A stretch of 64,000 nt of DNA from Paramoeba atlantica (GCA_977017575.1 CDRNVI010000043.1:248001-312000); one strand, 5' to 3'; numbered from the stretch's first letter, positions 17,435 through 28,780 are shown. Notes: a model not told the origin generated them from the sequence alone. Made by a program: numbers and translations.

Positions 17435-19381
17435 CTATTCTTTAATAAAGGCCCGACAAAATTTATCCCGAATGTTAATTTCAGAGGTAGACTCTGAAGG
17501 GAGATTTAGCCCCAGTTCCAAAGCCATCTCATTTACATGGACTAGAAACGACAATACAGTTTGCTCCAGACAAAGTATTGTCTCCGAGTGAGCGTTCTTG
17601 AAAAATTGAACATGTTGAGAAGACGCAGAACGAATCAAATGTTTGTTGAGCCTTGCTGCCATCAATGCCAATGAATGTTCTAGATTGCGAAAACAATCTC
17701 TGATCGCATTCAAGGCTTTGTCTTTAGGCAAGCTTGAAAGACAAGATTTTACGCTCGAGACTGACTCCGCTAAGAAATTTTCACAACGGCAGGCTTTTCG
17801 TATTTTCGGAAACGAATAAGTCAAAAGCATATCCGTAACATACTTCCTTTGAGAGAGCCTTTGAATTGAAATCCAGCGTTCCTTTGTGACCTCGCAAGCC
17901 TCGGAAAACGATTCTGCGTCGACCGCAGAAAAGGCAGACACCATATACATTGAATGAATATATTCTATCAATGGGGCATATTTTCCTTGTCTCAAGCAGT
18001 ATGTTTTAAGAACGGAATGTGACTCGTGATCCCACAGAGTCAATGAGATTAGTATGTCTTCCTTCTTTAGTCCTTTGCACGCTAAAGAAATTTGCGCCAA
18101 GTCGTGAAGAGCCGAGCCGTACTTCACAAAGTATGGAATCAAGGGTGTGTACAGGCATTTGTAAGGCAATAATAAAAATTTGTATGTCAGGTGAGCGGTT
18201 TTAGTTTTAATGCAATCTTGAAGGTTTCGAATGTTCCACTCTAGTAACTCTCGTACGTATTCATTTTCGTTTGAAAATGTTTCTGGAAATTGTCGAGATA
18301 AAGCGAGAACGGAGAACAAGTAGCCGAATGTGTCTTGATCAGTTATCCATCTGAGGAAAGAATTCCAAACCGAGATAAGAGAAGGCGTTTCCGTTTTGAT
18401 GGTCAGATCTGTTGAACCAAAAATACTCGACAAAACATTGTATGTACTTAGATGGAGTCTCTGACATAGCATGAATTCTGCTGATAAGATGTAGTACACT
18501 CTTTCCAACAAAATCGCATAAACGTGAGTTGCTGATTTCGGATACTTGCAAGATGAATTTACGTCCCGGTTCACTGCTAGCAAACCATCAGACAAAGCGA
18601 TCTCTTGCAAAATGTGAATCGGTTTACTACAACGCTCTTTCTGCATTGATTTCAGTATGGACCCCAGTGTGCTTTGCAAAGCGCCAAAAAAAGCTTTGAT
18701 TTCTCTGGAATATAAAGGCTTGATTCGATGTATATATTTTTCCTGTAAAAATGCGTGTCCATTTCGATCCAACACTTGAGGAAGAGTCTCAAAAAAATAT
18801 TCACCGGGTAGAAGATATTTGGCGATTTGCTCATGGGAAGGCCAGTCAAGTCCACCGTGTGTAGCATTTTTACTCGTAGCAGCTTCGTGTATTCTGGATA
18901 TTTGTTTTAGCTGTCTTTGAAAATTAGCAACAAATAAGGAATACATTGTATAGTTTTGTGAAATAAGTTCATTAACGTGGTCACGAAGACCTCCGAGACC
19001 GTACTTCGAATCTAGAGATTTTTTCTGGTAGGTGCTCGTCGCTGCCGCAACAAATTTTGCTGCTTCAGTGGCAATTAATATTCCACTCGGAGAATCGAAT
19101 ATCAGTTCACCTTGCATTACAGATTGGAACGTATTTCTTACTGCGACCGGCAAGACAAAATCACACAAGATTTCCTGTAAACTTTCATGAACTGCGACAA
19201 GGTAGCTTTGTCTTTTTTGAAGTGTTGTGATATCTTCTTGAATACTTTCAACTGATTTGAGTTCTGCGTCGTATGTCTTTTTTAGTGTGAGCATTGAAGT
19301 TTCATAGTCGGAAGCCATTTGAATTAATTCAGTCAAACTCTCTTCTGTATCAGCGAGTACGTCCTCGTAGCAAATCTCCAT
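17435..19381 (-). CDS. SEC3: Exocyst subunit Sec3/EXOC1 (coiled coil + Sec3_C)
   Basis: YDAELKSVESIQ...LQKRQSYL..HESLQEIL..FVLP and PSHEQI..YLL...LDRNGHAFLQEKYIHRIKPLYSREIKAFF match Sec3 by eye; Vps52 is the related alternative. Confidence 0.7.
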   Translation of the reverse strand: MEICYEDVLADTEESLTELIQMASDYETSMLTLKKTYDAELKSVESIQEDITTLQKRQSYLVAVHESLQEILCDFVLPVAVRNTFQSVMQGELIFDSPSGILIATEAAKFVAAATSTYQKKSLDSKYGLGGLRDHVNELISQNYTMYSLFVANFQRQLKQISRIHEAATSKNATHGGLDWPSHEQIAKYLLPGEYFFETLPQVLDRNGHAFLQEKYIHRIKPLYSREIKAFFGALQSTLGSILKSMQKERCSKPIHILQEIALSDGLLAVNRDVNSSCKYPKSATHVYAILLERVYYILSAEFMLCQRLHLSTYNVLSSIFGSTDLTIKTETPSLISVWNSFLRWITDQDTFGYLFSVLALSRQFPETFSNENEYVRELLEWNIRNLQDCIKTKTAHLTYKFLLLPYKCLYTPLIPYFVKYGSALHDLAQISLACKGLKKEDILISLTLWDHESHSVLKTYCLRQGKYAPLIEYIHSMYMVSAFSAVDAESFSEACEVTKERWISIQRLSQRKYVTDMLLTYSFPKIRKACRCENFLAESVSSVKSCLSSLPKDKALNAIRDCFRNLEHSLALMAARLNKHLIRSASSQHVQFFKNAHSETILCLEQTVLSFLVHVNEMALELGLNLPSESTSEINIRDKFCRAFIKE

Positions 19382-19701
19382 GACTTGGAAGAACGGATCA
19401 AGTGATTGGTCTCAATTCTAAAGCAAGATTATCTTTCCTCCGTCTATGTCACAATATGAAACTTCATGAAAATATGCTGAAGCAAGTAGGAATCACATTG
19501 AATTAGCTAAACGTTTTTAAAAAATCGCATCGAGTTAAACAACTAACTCTACAATTCTATTCTTTACTCTATATTATGATTGAGAAAAAATCAAGTTTCA
19601 CTAGCCATGCAGAGTCATACGATTTCTCTAAAAGGTCAGAACAGAAAGGAAGAAAGAAGGAAGATAATGTTTGCGCTATATTTGATGTCAAGAAATCACA
19701 C

Positions 19702-20946
19702 TCATCTGTCGACAAAGGAAATAAAATTCGGCCTCCTGCGGGAAGCGTAAATGGAAAGAAAAGGGTGATGACAAAGCTCAACTGCTGTGGGACGCCGAGC
19801 TGAATCGTAAGTGCAACATTTCTCTACGAAGTCGCAACATAAAGGATCGATACCAATGTTGCTGGGCAGTTTCAAACGAAAACCGGGTTCCATTACCTTC
19901 GTCATGCACTCAAATACTCGATCGGATACTGGATGCCGCCCGACCGCACAGTACCCGAGAAGGACTCCTAGGCTCCACACATCTGCAGGCAGGCCATACC
20001 CTGATTTAGGGACAATTCTCTCTGGGGCGTAGTACAGTTGACTTCCCGTTGTTGTCATTGCGAGCTGCTGGCTAGTGGAAAGCAATCGAGAAACACCAAA
20101 ATCACACACCTTGATTGTACCCTGTGTATTCACCAATACATTAGAAGGCTTTATATCACGGTGAATAATTTGCTTCGCATGCAATGCTTGCAGTGCATGA
20201 ACTATGGCAGATGCCACCTGACTTAAATCCTCATTGCAGAGACGACCACATGCCATAGCGGTTGACCCTGTACAAAGCGAACATTTGCAGTATCTGTGAC
20301 CTTCCGCAAGGTGTTCCTGGCATGCCGGTCGGAGACACTGCTCTCGCAACGCGTGTAGCACGTCTGTAAGAGATCCCAAGTCCATTAACTCCATGAGCAC
20401 CTTCATTTTAGCTCCATGAGTCCACACCTCATATACTTCTATTACAAATGACGAATCGACGTTTTCAAAGAGCGTGACTAATTCTGCTGCGTAAGCCTTG
20501 AAACCTTGATCGGTTCCTGGCGAAGAGTGCCCACCGCCGAGCGCACCTGGATCAAATTCTTTCAATGCGTATAATTTCCCCGTAGGCTGATGACGTACCT
20601 TGTAAACGGTTCCTTGATCACCTTGCCCGAGTGCTTCTCTCCGATTCACGTACCTAAAATCCCGGAGATGAAAGCGTCCACACGAGCTGCATAATATCGT
20701 CCAATGTTGTGTCGGAATTCGTAGTTGCATAGGTAATACTGATACAGTTGATTTCGAAATTGGTGCCTCATCGTTGTTTACCTCTTCGACAAGAGTGCCG
20801 TCTGCTCTATACACAGGAAGTTCCTGACTTTCGAGTCCTAGACGAGGCTTAGTTTGAGAACGCATTTTGTGAGTTACTGAAATTCTTAGAAGTGATAAAA
20901 TGCTGCCTAATCGTATTCTTAAAGTGGCTAACTGAGACCTGTGCAT
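19702..20946 (-). CDS. MAP kinase kinase (STE7 family)
   Basis: LGQGDQGTVYKV, YALKE, MELMDLGSL, HRDIKPSN, DFGVS, TGSQLYYAPERI, DVWSLG. Confidence 0.9.
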   Translation of the reverse strand: MHRSQLATLRIRLGSILSLLRISVTHKMRSQTKPRLGLESQELPVYRADGTLVEEVNNDEAPISKSTVSVLPMQLRIPTQHWTILCSSCGRFHLRDFRYVNRREALGQGDQGTVYKVRHQPTGKLYALKEFDPGALGGGHSSPGTDQGFKAYAAELVTLFENVDSSFVIEVYEVWTHGAKMKVLMELMDLGSLTDVLHALREQCLRPACQEHLAEGHRYCKCSLCTGSTAMACGRLCNEDLSQVASAIVHALQALHAKQIIHRDIKPSNVLVNTQGTIKVCDFGVSRLLSTSQQLAMTTTGSQLYYAPERIVPKSGYGLPADVWSLGVLLGYCAVGRHPVSDRVFECMTKVMEPGFRLKLPSNIGIDPLCCDFVEKCCTYDSARRPTAVELCHHPFLSIYASRRRPNFISFVDR

Positions 20947-21181
20947 TCTGGCCGTCCAAAACTAAAATCGAAACTACCCATTAGAATTTCTTTATGACAT
21001 GCGTTTACAAAATTTTATACGCGTGTACTCACACCTTTTCATTTAAGTTTCTCTACCCAGATAATACGATTTTTGTTTTTGGAATTCCAACCTGTAAACT
21101 TGTATCAAAAAGAGAGTTATTCCTTAGAAGCACTAAAGCAAAGTTAACATCGCTTCGATTGCATTCGTCGACAAATGAATA

Positions 21182-21607
21182 TCACCAGCAGATTTTCAGT
21201 AGTTTGCATGTGACAGGTTTAGTGTTCAGAGTTAAAGATTTCAGAAAACGTCTTGCATCTTTTGAACTCACGTTGTGCTCATATTCTTTCCACAAAGTCT
21301 TCCTCGAAAGAAAGACCACCCCATTCATGCTTTGCATTCGCACGAAAAAAGATATAGCGGCCAAAGCATCGCTTCCTAAAGCGTTCAGAATCATTTGAGG
21401 ATCCAATGACGCTAACGAAGTTGTACTAGATGGCATTTGTTGCGGCGACTGAGGCGTTAATGGAGATGTCAAAGCACCGCTACGTAGGCATTGACGGTGT
21501 AACAAAGCATAGCATGCAACTCCTTGTCGCACTGAGAAAAGGTTTGTAAAGGTTCGACCCAGCGGAGGTTGCGCTATGTAGACACACCTTGTGCGAAACA
21601 TGTCCAA
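21182..21607 (-). CDS. Hypothetical protein
   Basis: Only minus-strand ORF filling a gene-sized gap; R-rich N-terminus; no family recognised. Confidence 0.4.
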   Translation of the reverse strand: MDMFRTRCVYIAQPPLGRTFTNLFSVRQGVACYALLHRQCLRSGALTSPLTPQSPQQMPSSTTSLASLDPQMILNALGSDALAAISFFVRMQSMNGVVFLSRKTLWKEYEHNVSSKDARRFLKSLTLNTKPVTCKLLKICW

Positions 21608-21962
21608 ATGGTAGACAACGTGATTTTAGAAAGCAGAAATAATCCAAACACACAGAAAGTATGAAAGAAGGTACGGTGTATCTTTTGTTTAAAACACTGA
21701 TAAAATTCAATTGTTCAATGTAACCGACGATTACATTCTTTTAAAATTCAGTGCTGTGTTCTTCCATCATCTCCAAAATCCATTCCCTACAAAGAGGGAT
21801 GATAGCACTGCAAAGGAAAGGGCTGCAGTAAAAGCCCCCGTAACACAACGTCTTATTTGATCTCTAAAGCAATAAATCGTTTTTCCCATTTTTATTGAAC
21901 AGTATACTGACGTACAGTAAACAAAAAAATGATGAACATACATAGAAGCACAACTATTTTTC

Positions 21963-22409
21963 TCATAATGTGCGCTCAGGCTGTACCACAATATGTGGTA
22001 TTAGATCCGTACAAGCAACACCCAGAGTTGCGCACCATCGCGGTAAGAGGGTGGCAAGAATGCTGGAGAGGCAGGCGCCTGTGGGATCGACGTTGAGCCC
22101 GGATGCCGTGCGCGGCAGTGGTGCCTCCACGGCATCCCCTCCGGAGGTCATGGCACACAGGGCAGCACTCAAAGCATTGCGTTGAGTGCCGACAACCATG
22201 GAGGTGACGCCACTCGGGACGCAACGACTGGTGCATACCTCCAGAGGAGGCAACCCCGCAGCGTGACGCAGGAAGGCGTGTTGCACGCGTTTAGAAAAGG
22301 AGGGGAGGGTGGGGAGACTACTGCAGGCACCAATGTGCCGGTTTATGGTTTTCTGGAAATAGTAGGAATAGGCAAGGGGGGGAAGTTTCCCGCAATGGTG
22401 GCTAAACAT
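21963..22409 (-). CDS. Hypothetical protein in a GC island
   Basis: This frame has strongly C-ending codons (CCC ACC CTC CCC TCC; GCC TGC CTC TCC), supporting it as the coding frame; no family recognised. Confidence 0.45.
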   Translation of the reverse strand: MFSHHCGKLPPLAYSYYFQKTINRHIGACSSLPTLPSFSKRVQHAFLRHAAGLPPLEVCTSRCVPSGVTSMVVGTQRNALSAALCAMTSGGDAVEAPLPRTASGLNVDPTGACLSSILATLLPRWCATLGVACTDLIPHIVVQPERTL

Positions 22410-22627
22410 GGGAACAATACGATAGTGTATGAACAAAAAGTATTAGTGGTGTTAGGCATGCAGGGTAATTACTAAATACTACATTCTGGTCTTTCTACTT
22501 TTCTCTTTTATTTGTTCCTTCAAAAACGTTTGACTCCAAAGCTGTACACCAGTTTATGAAACCGAAATTAAAGGAATTCTTTGGAAATTAATATCACATA
22601 CCTTGAGTGTAATTTATAAGGTACTAT

Positions 22628-23755
22628 CTATGCTAACGCAGCGCTGTGAAATTTATCAAGTGTACTTTGAATACGAATGCTCACTGTGTTGTCTTCAACT
22701 TGGCTTCCCTTTTCTGTTTCAGACGCCTTATAGAAGCCCCAGTTTTTCTTCAAGTATCGATTACAAGCCACGCCCGGCTGGTGCACGGGACAATATAGCA
22801 CAGTGTAAAAAGGCTTGTGAATTTGACTTGTGTCATGAGCGTGTATCTCAGCAGTTACGGAACTCGGTGTACGAGGATCATTATGAAAAACAAACCAACG
22901 AAATAGTTGGGAGAACGTAATCGCAGAGTGATTGTCCAAAATAACTCTTAATGAAGATCCAAGACAGTGTGGGATCTCCGAATGTTTCGTATCAAAGTGT
23001 GAGCTCAGGCACATACACACAAATTTCAGTGCGTTGATACTGTTATGCTCTTGTACATCAAGAGGAGACAACGACAGTAGGGCATTTGCGGCGTCCGTCG
23101 TGCTACCTGATTCGGTCTGCGACCCGGATATGGCCTTCCAGCACAATCTCCGCTCTGCGTATGACTTCGGATTCCAACTCACTCTCACTAGGACCTTCGA
23201 CGGTATAGAGTATGCGTATATCCAAGTATCTGTCCGATACGCCTGAGTAACTATGTCGTGACGCAAAATGTCATTTCGAAAGGCATCAGAGTGAGCATTT
23301 CGTATTTTCCAAATGTCTATTTCACTAGTGGTTAGCCTGAGTGAAACATGTTTGACCTCATTGAAGGCGTAGTTGGACTCAATAAAATATATCCGTCTTG
23401 CGTTTGGGAACGATACGAGGCGTTGAAGATGCGGGTGAGCGTTAATATCCTTCCAGCGAGGATTGATGAGATTGAATCTGCCATAAACAACCTGGTACTT
23501 TTCCTCTTCTGTTAATTTTTGAAAACTAGAACTCCAAAAAACTCGATTTCCAAAGAGCCCAGCAAAGTATTTTACGCCACATCCTCGTCGCCAATGATTT
23601 GACGAAGTCATGGCACCTCCGCGGTATCGATCGCGTATAGGATTCCATCGTGGATTGCTACTTCCCCACAGATGCCTCTTTTTCTTTCTTCTGTCAAATG
23701 TAACTATCGTGCTCCGAAACTTTCGACGAAAAGTCATAAGTTCATATAAACCCAA
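22628..23755 (-). CDS. Hypothetical protein, basic N-terminus (possibly mitochondrial)
   Basis: 375-codon ORF co-oriented with the cluster; MTFRRKFRS...RRKKKRHLW. Confidence 0.65.
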   Translation of the reverse strand: MGLYELMTFRRKFRSTIVTFDRRKKKRHLWGSSNPRWNPIRDRYRGGAMTSSNHWRRGCGVKYFAGLFGNRVFWSSSFQKLTEEEKYQVVYGRFNLINPRWKDINAHPHLQRLVSFPNARRIYFIESNYAFNEVKHVSLRLTTSEIDIWKIRNAHSDAFRNDILRHDIVTQAYRTDTWIYAYSIPSKVLVRVSWNPKSYAERRLCWKAISGSQTESGSTTDAANALLSLSPLDVQEHNSINALKFVCMCLSSHFDTKHSEIPHCLGSSLRVILDNHSAITFSQLFRWFVFHNDPRTPSSVTAEIHAHDTSQIHKPFYTVLYCPVHQPGVACNRYLKKNWGFYKASETEKGSQVEDNTVSIRIQSTLDKFHSAALA

Positions 23756-24042
23756 GAACAGTAAATAAGTTCCTAAAGATCAATATGGGGTATTAAAAGT
23801 AAGCACCCAAAACATAGAAAGATAAGAGCCTATTAAATAGTCAGAGAACTTTTATGAATGCTGAACAATGCGCATGTGAGTTTTTCTTTGGTCTAGGAAT
23901 GAGATAGGAACAGAAGAATTAGATAGACAAAAAAATACTTGACTGACAAGATTCATACAAGATTATACAGGTTGCATACAGCCTCTACATGGTTGTATAC
24001 AAGCCTGTACATGGTTTACGGTAATAGCGTATTTTAAGTCTT

Positions 24043-26637
24043 TCACTCTAAGTAAGCATAAAATCCTGGACGCATTTTTTCCCGGTGCAAAAATTCTTGC
24101 TGTATCAACTGCTCTACGCAATGGAGGACAAATTCAGACTGTACTATAAATCTATGGCATGTGTTGTCTTTCACGTGATTCAAAATTTCTTGTTGAGAAA
24201 TCAATTTGGCCTTTTTTGCAAGAGAAATAATCAGTGCTCGTATAGTATGGCGTCGATCTTCGATCATTCTTTCATGTTTATTGAGTGATTCTGGACACTC
24301 ATACTCTTGATTTTGGGGGCTAAGTAAGCGGGGCAGAAAATATTTCCTTGGCCAGCAAGATGGAGCTTCAGACGCGATACGGTAGTACGAATTGATATCT
24401 GAACATGAATCCTCAAATAATTTTTCAAGCATGCCACAGGCAACAAGCTGGTCAAGCAGAGAACTGGCCTCGCCTGGGGTCAAAGAACACCGTTCTTGTA
24501 CGTAAGATTTCGATATAATCTCAGGAGTATTTGGCGAATGCGAAGCGCATTCAAGTGAGTTATTAAAACAGGTTAATAATACAGAAGCTTGCAAAGTGGT
24601 GCAATAAATAGATACAGCGCCTCCAAAAGCTGAGAGTTCGACAATTCCCGAGTTCGGAAGAAGTACAAGCTTTCTTCCGCTGTACTTAAGTTGATAGCGC
24701 AAGGTAAAATCGGAGTAAGATTTCATCAGTTCGGGCGCTACAAGCGCTCCAGAGTATTCAGACTCCGACAGATTTGGCCAGCAACCGGTAGTTGCTACTA
24801 GAAATTTAGCAGGAGTCGTAACAAAGTGACAATAATCGGATTGTAAAGGAGACTCCACCAAAGCACAAGCGACATCGTAAATAACAGTTTGTAAGTGAAA
24901 TAAGCATTGTTGCGAAACATTGTCTTCTAGATCGGCTAACAACCTTGCCAAGCCGTCCACACTTCGTGCCAATACTTCGACATTTGCATTTGCTGTACTC
25001 CGAGACCACATGGATAAAAGTAACCGCACTGCTTCCTCGTGTAGCATTTCTTCGAAAGAGTCCTTATTTTGCACGTAAGTGATAAGCTGGACGGATGATT
25101 TCAAATTAGCTGAGCTCTCAGAACCAGGTTTAAATTGCATTTCAAGAATTAGTGCATTGGAGCTATCTGTAGTACCCGCGTGTACGTCACTGACGATACC
25201 AAAATCAGTAAGAAGAGTATGGCACAAAGCTTCAGAAAAGGAAGTTGACAATTCATTCACTATTACGTGAAGTAATTTTTGTAATACGTTTAGCATATCC
25301 TGCGAGAAACTTGCTCGGCGCGTACCTTCTTCCAAGATGGTGTGATACGTCAGAACCGTACATACAACGGCTTTCTTGTCAGTTTGCACGAATGATAGTT
25401 TCTCTGTGGCTTCACTCTTCATAGTTTCATATATTTTCGTACTCAAATACGATTCTTGCAAGCACAATTGCGCTGCCTTTTGTATTTTGTCCCAGAGGCT
25501 AAAGTCCTTGCCCTTCAATGCGTTAACACCGTGCGCAATTATGGTGGATAGATGTGGCTTCAATAAAGTATCTACACACACACTCTGTATTTTTGGTCTT
25601 GAGCTTTGTTTTAGACTGGTAAAAACTAACTTATCCAGGTGAGATGCTACGCAAAAATACATTTCAAGAAATGTGCGCACGTGATTTGCGTTGCTGAATG
25701 TTAGAATCTTAGAACGCTCTTGAAAGAGTAGTTCCGTTAAGTGATCTAAAAAGGGAAGTTCAATAATTCGTTCATATTCAGTGCGTATCGTGCGTTCAGG
25801 GGAAGCAATGTTTTGAGAAATGGCTTCTCTATTTGACTGGAACGCACTAGCAGCAGGTAAATTAGAGGTTGGCATTGCAGCAGTTGTGCCTTCCAGACAA
25901 AAGTTTTCGGATTCATTTGCACCTTGCTCCGATGGGAAAGTGCGGATTCTGAATTGGGGCTCCTGTTCAACTCTATCACTCGTTGGATGGCTTTCGGATT
26001 CGCGGCCTACACTTTGGGCATCCGCGTTATTTTCTAACAAAACTAGCAGAGATGTCAGGTTGCGCAACCGATCCCATTCAGAAACAATATCCAGAGACAA
26101 CTCCTGTCCAGATAAAGCCCTAACACTGGGAAATGCTTTATCAAAATTTCCAATTTCACGGGAAGGACGTACTACTGAACTTAAGAAGACCGACTCAACT
26201 ATGCGACGTATTTTATCAGAACTGGGCACGCCAATGGAAATATTTTTTCGATACGAAGCAGAAGCGTACGAAGTAATATGAGTAGAAAAGCGCGTCAAAC
26301 GCTCGTGAAGCCCAAGAATATCATCGACACTTTTTGGTACGACAGAAGAGCAGTATACACCTAGAAGTGTGGCCAGAGTTTTGTGCATTAAGTCGAATTC
26401 TTTCTCCAATAAGAAATTCAGTGCCTCGGTCAGCGATTGAACTGTAGGAAGGACGGCGCCCGTGTCTAAGTCTTTGTCTACAAGCCCTTTGAATTCACAA
26501 ATAAGAACGTGATGACAGTACTGACATAAGGTATGGGTGTACGACTGTGTCACTTTGGTGTTGTAGTGAGCTGTCCGCATCTGATAAACTGCAGCAATCG
26601 TTTTTTCGTTGTCTGATTTTGCTCGAGCCCGGACCAT
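24043..26637 (-). CDS. Divergent cullin
   Basis: LITYVQNKDSFE, FLVATTGCWP, YQLKYSGRKLVLLP, TTLQASVLL, C-terminal neddylation domain IEDRRHTIRALIISLAKK...CVEQLIQQEFL..YAYL. Confidence 0.9.
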   Translation of the reverse strand: MVRARAKSDNEKTIAAVYQMRTAHYNTKVTQSYTHTLCQYCHHVLICEFKGLVDKDLDTGAVLPTVQSLTEALNFLLEKEFDLMHKTLATLLGVYCSSVVPKSVDDILGLHERLTRFSTHITSYASASYRKNISIGVPSSDKIRRIVESVFLSSVVRPSREIGNFDKAFPSVRALSGQELSLDIVSEWDRLRNLTSLLVLLENNADAQSVGRESESHPTSDRVEQEPQFRIRTFPSEQGANESENFCLEGTTAAMPTSNLPAASAFQSNREAISQNIASPERTIRTEYERIIELPFLDHLTELLFQERSKILTFSNANHVRTFLEMYFCVASHLDKLVFTSLKQSSRPKIQSVCVDTLLKPHLSTIIAHGVNALKGKDFSLWDKIQKAAQLCLQESYLSTKIYETMKSEATEKLSFVQTDKKAVVCTVLTYHTILEEGTRRASFSQDMLNVLQKLLHVIVNELSTSFSEALCHTLLTDFGIVSDVHAGTTDSSNALILEMQFKPGSESSANLKSSVQLITYVQNKDSFEEMLHEEAVRLLLSMWSRSTANANVEVLARSVDGLARLLADLEDNVSQQCLFHLQTVIYDVACALVESPLQSDYCHFVTTPAKFLVATTGCWPNLSESEYSGALVAPELMKSYSDFTLRYQLKYSGRKLVLLPNSGIVELSAFGGAVSIYCTTLQASVLLTCFNNSLECASHSPNTPEIISKSYVQERCSLTPGEASSLLDQLVACGMLEKLFEDSCSDINSYYRIASEAPSCWPRKYFLPRLLSPQNQEYECPESLNKHERMIEDRRHTIRALIISLAKKAKLISQQEILNHVKDNTCHRFIVQSEFVLHCVEQLIQQEFLHREKMRPGFYAYLE

Positions 26638-27043
26638 TACATCATAAATAATGGACTAGTGGTTTTGCAATTGCATACTACTTACACATAGTATGATACA
26701 TTCCGAAGTATTAATAATTACGCGAAGTACATGTGAATGATACATGACGGGAAGTAAACATTGGGAAATCAGAAAATATCAAAATTAAAGACATTCAGCG
26801 TCAAGGAAGAGAGAATTCTTTTGTGATAACTTAAGATAATAGTACAAGTCAGTTAAGTATAAACATGGGTAACATTGTACAACTACTTCTAGTACATATT
26901 CCGCGACATTTGCTAGATGACACAGGTTTATAGCTAATCGTGTGAAATCTGTAATCACTCATTGCCAGTGGATTAGACTCCTTGTCAGTGACATAGACGT
27001 TTATCTTAAAATTATAAGATCATCGTGCATCATCCCCCATAAG

Positions 27044-27973
27044 CTAGACCACAGCAGTCCGTTTTACTCGCCGAGGTTTGGGAGGTTGTATGTCATTTGG
27101 AATATAATAGTTCTTCATGAGAAACGGATGCTTTATAATTTCCGAAAGAGTGGGTCGCTTCCGTCCATCTTTTCGCAAAAGTGCCAATATAAATTGCTTG
27201 GCATCAGCTGGTACACTTGCCGGAATTTCGTATTGCATTGATGCAATTTTGCGCATGACCGCGCGATCGCTCTCGTCCTTAAATGGAGTGCGACCCACAA
27301 GCATCTCGTAGCAAAAAATACCAATACACCACAGATCCGCAGATCCTGTGTAGGAGCCATGTTCAACGATCTCCGGTGGAAAGTATTCCGGCGTCCCGCA
27401 CATCGTTTTCCGCTCCATTGCGGGTGTGTGAACGGACCAACCAAAGTCCGCAAGCTTAATGTTGTCTTGATCATTTAGGAGGATGTTCTCCGGCTTGATG
27501 TCACGATGTATAACTCGGTGCTCGTGGAGATATTTGAGTGCCTCAGTGAGCTGGGCGACGTATTTAGCAGTCTGCGCAACACTGAAGGTTCCAACTTTTT
27601 GAAATTTGGAGTAAAGCATACCCCCGAAGCAGGGCTCAAGTATAAGATAAATATCTGTTTCAGTCCAGAAGTACCCGTAGGTGCGCAACAAGTAAGGGTG
27701 CCTGGTGTGGTATGCGATTTCTATTTCTCTCCGTAATTGGCTGTACATGCGCATTTCGACAAGTCTTTTGATGCTCATACGTTTTAACGCAACGATATAG
27801 TTACTCTTCACTTCACATGCCAGGTACACATCACCATATTGTCCGCTACCAATTTTTTGCAGTAGTTGAAAGTCGCTCTCCTGCCAGTCGTCCCGCGGAC
27901 GATCAGGAACAACAATACAGTTCTGAACCACACGGCCCGCTGAGTTATTATTTCCGTAGGTTGTAAATGACAT
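27044..27973 (-). CDS. Aurora kinase
   Basis: DFQLLQKIGSGQYGDVY, QLRREIEIAYHTRHPYLLR, HRDIKPEN, DFGWSVH, RKTMCGTPEYFPPE. Confidence 0.95.
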   Translation of the reverse strand: MSFTTYGNNNSAGRVVQNCIVVPDRPRDDWQESDFQLLQKIGSGQYGDVYLACEVKSNYIVALKRMSIKRLVEMRMYSQLRREIEIAYHTRHPYLLRTYGYFWTETDIYLILEPCFGGMLYSKFQKVGTFSVAQTAKYVAQLTEALKYLHEHRVIHRDIKPENILLNDQDNIKLADFGWSVHTPAMERKTMCGTPEYFPPEIVEHGSYTGSADLWCIGIFCYEMLVGRTPFKDESDRAVMRKIASMQYEIPASVPADAKQFILALLRKDGRKRPTLSEIIKHPFLMKNYYIPNDIQPPKPRRVKRTAVV

Positions 27974-28210
27974 GCTCTTTGGAACAGAATAAATTTCTTA
28001 CGCGAAATCAATGTTTTATTAGAATTGTTTTGTTCGTCACTCCCCTATTTTCAACTTAACCCCATATTTTCATTAGGTTTCATTAGAACTTTGGTTCTAA
28101 TATTAAGAAACAGGCTCATTTGGTATACTATTGACTCAGTCAATTCGACTGTTGAAAGGATAACCTTGTAACTTTAGTTTACAGAGAAGAATTGTCCTGA
28201 GCTTCACACA

Positions 28211-28780
28211 TTATTTACAGTTCAAAAGTAAGAAGCTAGTCAGAAAGGCGCCACAAGTAGTCAAACATATCGTTGAGTATGTTACCCAGAGAAAGTCTTC
28301 TCGACGCCCTGTTGGGATTTCTGTTATTATTGTATTGTTCGGCTGCCTCACTCCTACTTGTTTTACTCCCACGTAGGCCTGAAAGTTAGGTGAAATATAC
28401 CTTGTTGCTGAATGTGCAGAGGTATCTGGATCAGCGTAACGAAAATGAATGGGAAGACTGACATCAAAAGTACCGTTTGTATTACATAACGGCATTATAC
28501 GAACCTCATACAATTGTGTTGCTTCATTTTCAGACCGCTCGATGTCTATCGGAGTATTAGCCTCGATCGCACTTGCTTCAATACCTCCCTCACTAGTATC
28601 AATATAAAATTGTCTGGATAAAGGCATTATCAGCGAAAGTGAGTTACACGACTTGTATAAGTAATGTGAGGTCGCACAAGCATTTCTATTCGCAGAAGCA
28701 TTCAAATCTCCGTGAATGCGAAGCTGGCGATGAAAACCGATGCCTATTAAACTCCAGGCGATTGCCACGATTATACTCAT
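28211..28780 (-). CDS. PIGX: PIG-X/Pbn1 (GPI mannosyltransferase I subunit)
   Basis: LSRQFYID, IDIE, LPIHFRY..P, IPTG followed by a C-terminal TM helix. Confidence 0.8.
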   Translation of the reverse strand: MSIIVAIAWSLIGIGFHRQLRIHGDLNASANRNACATSHYLYKSCNSLSLIMPLSRQFYIDTSEGGIEASAIEANTPIDIERSENEATQLYEVRIMPLCNTNGTFDVSLPIHFRYADPDTSAHSATRYISPNFQAYVGVKQVGVRQPNNTIITEIPTGRREDFLWVTYSTICLTTCGAFLTSFLLLNCK

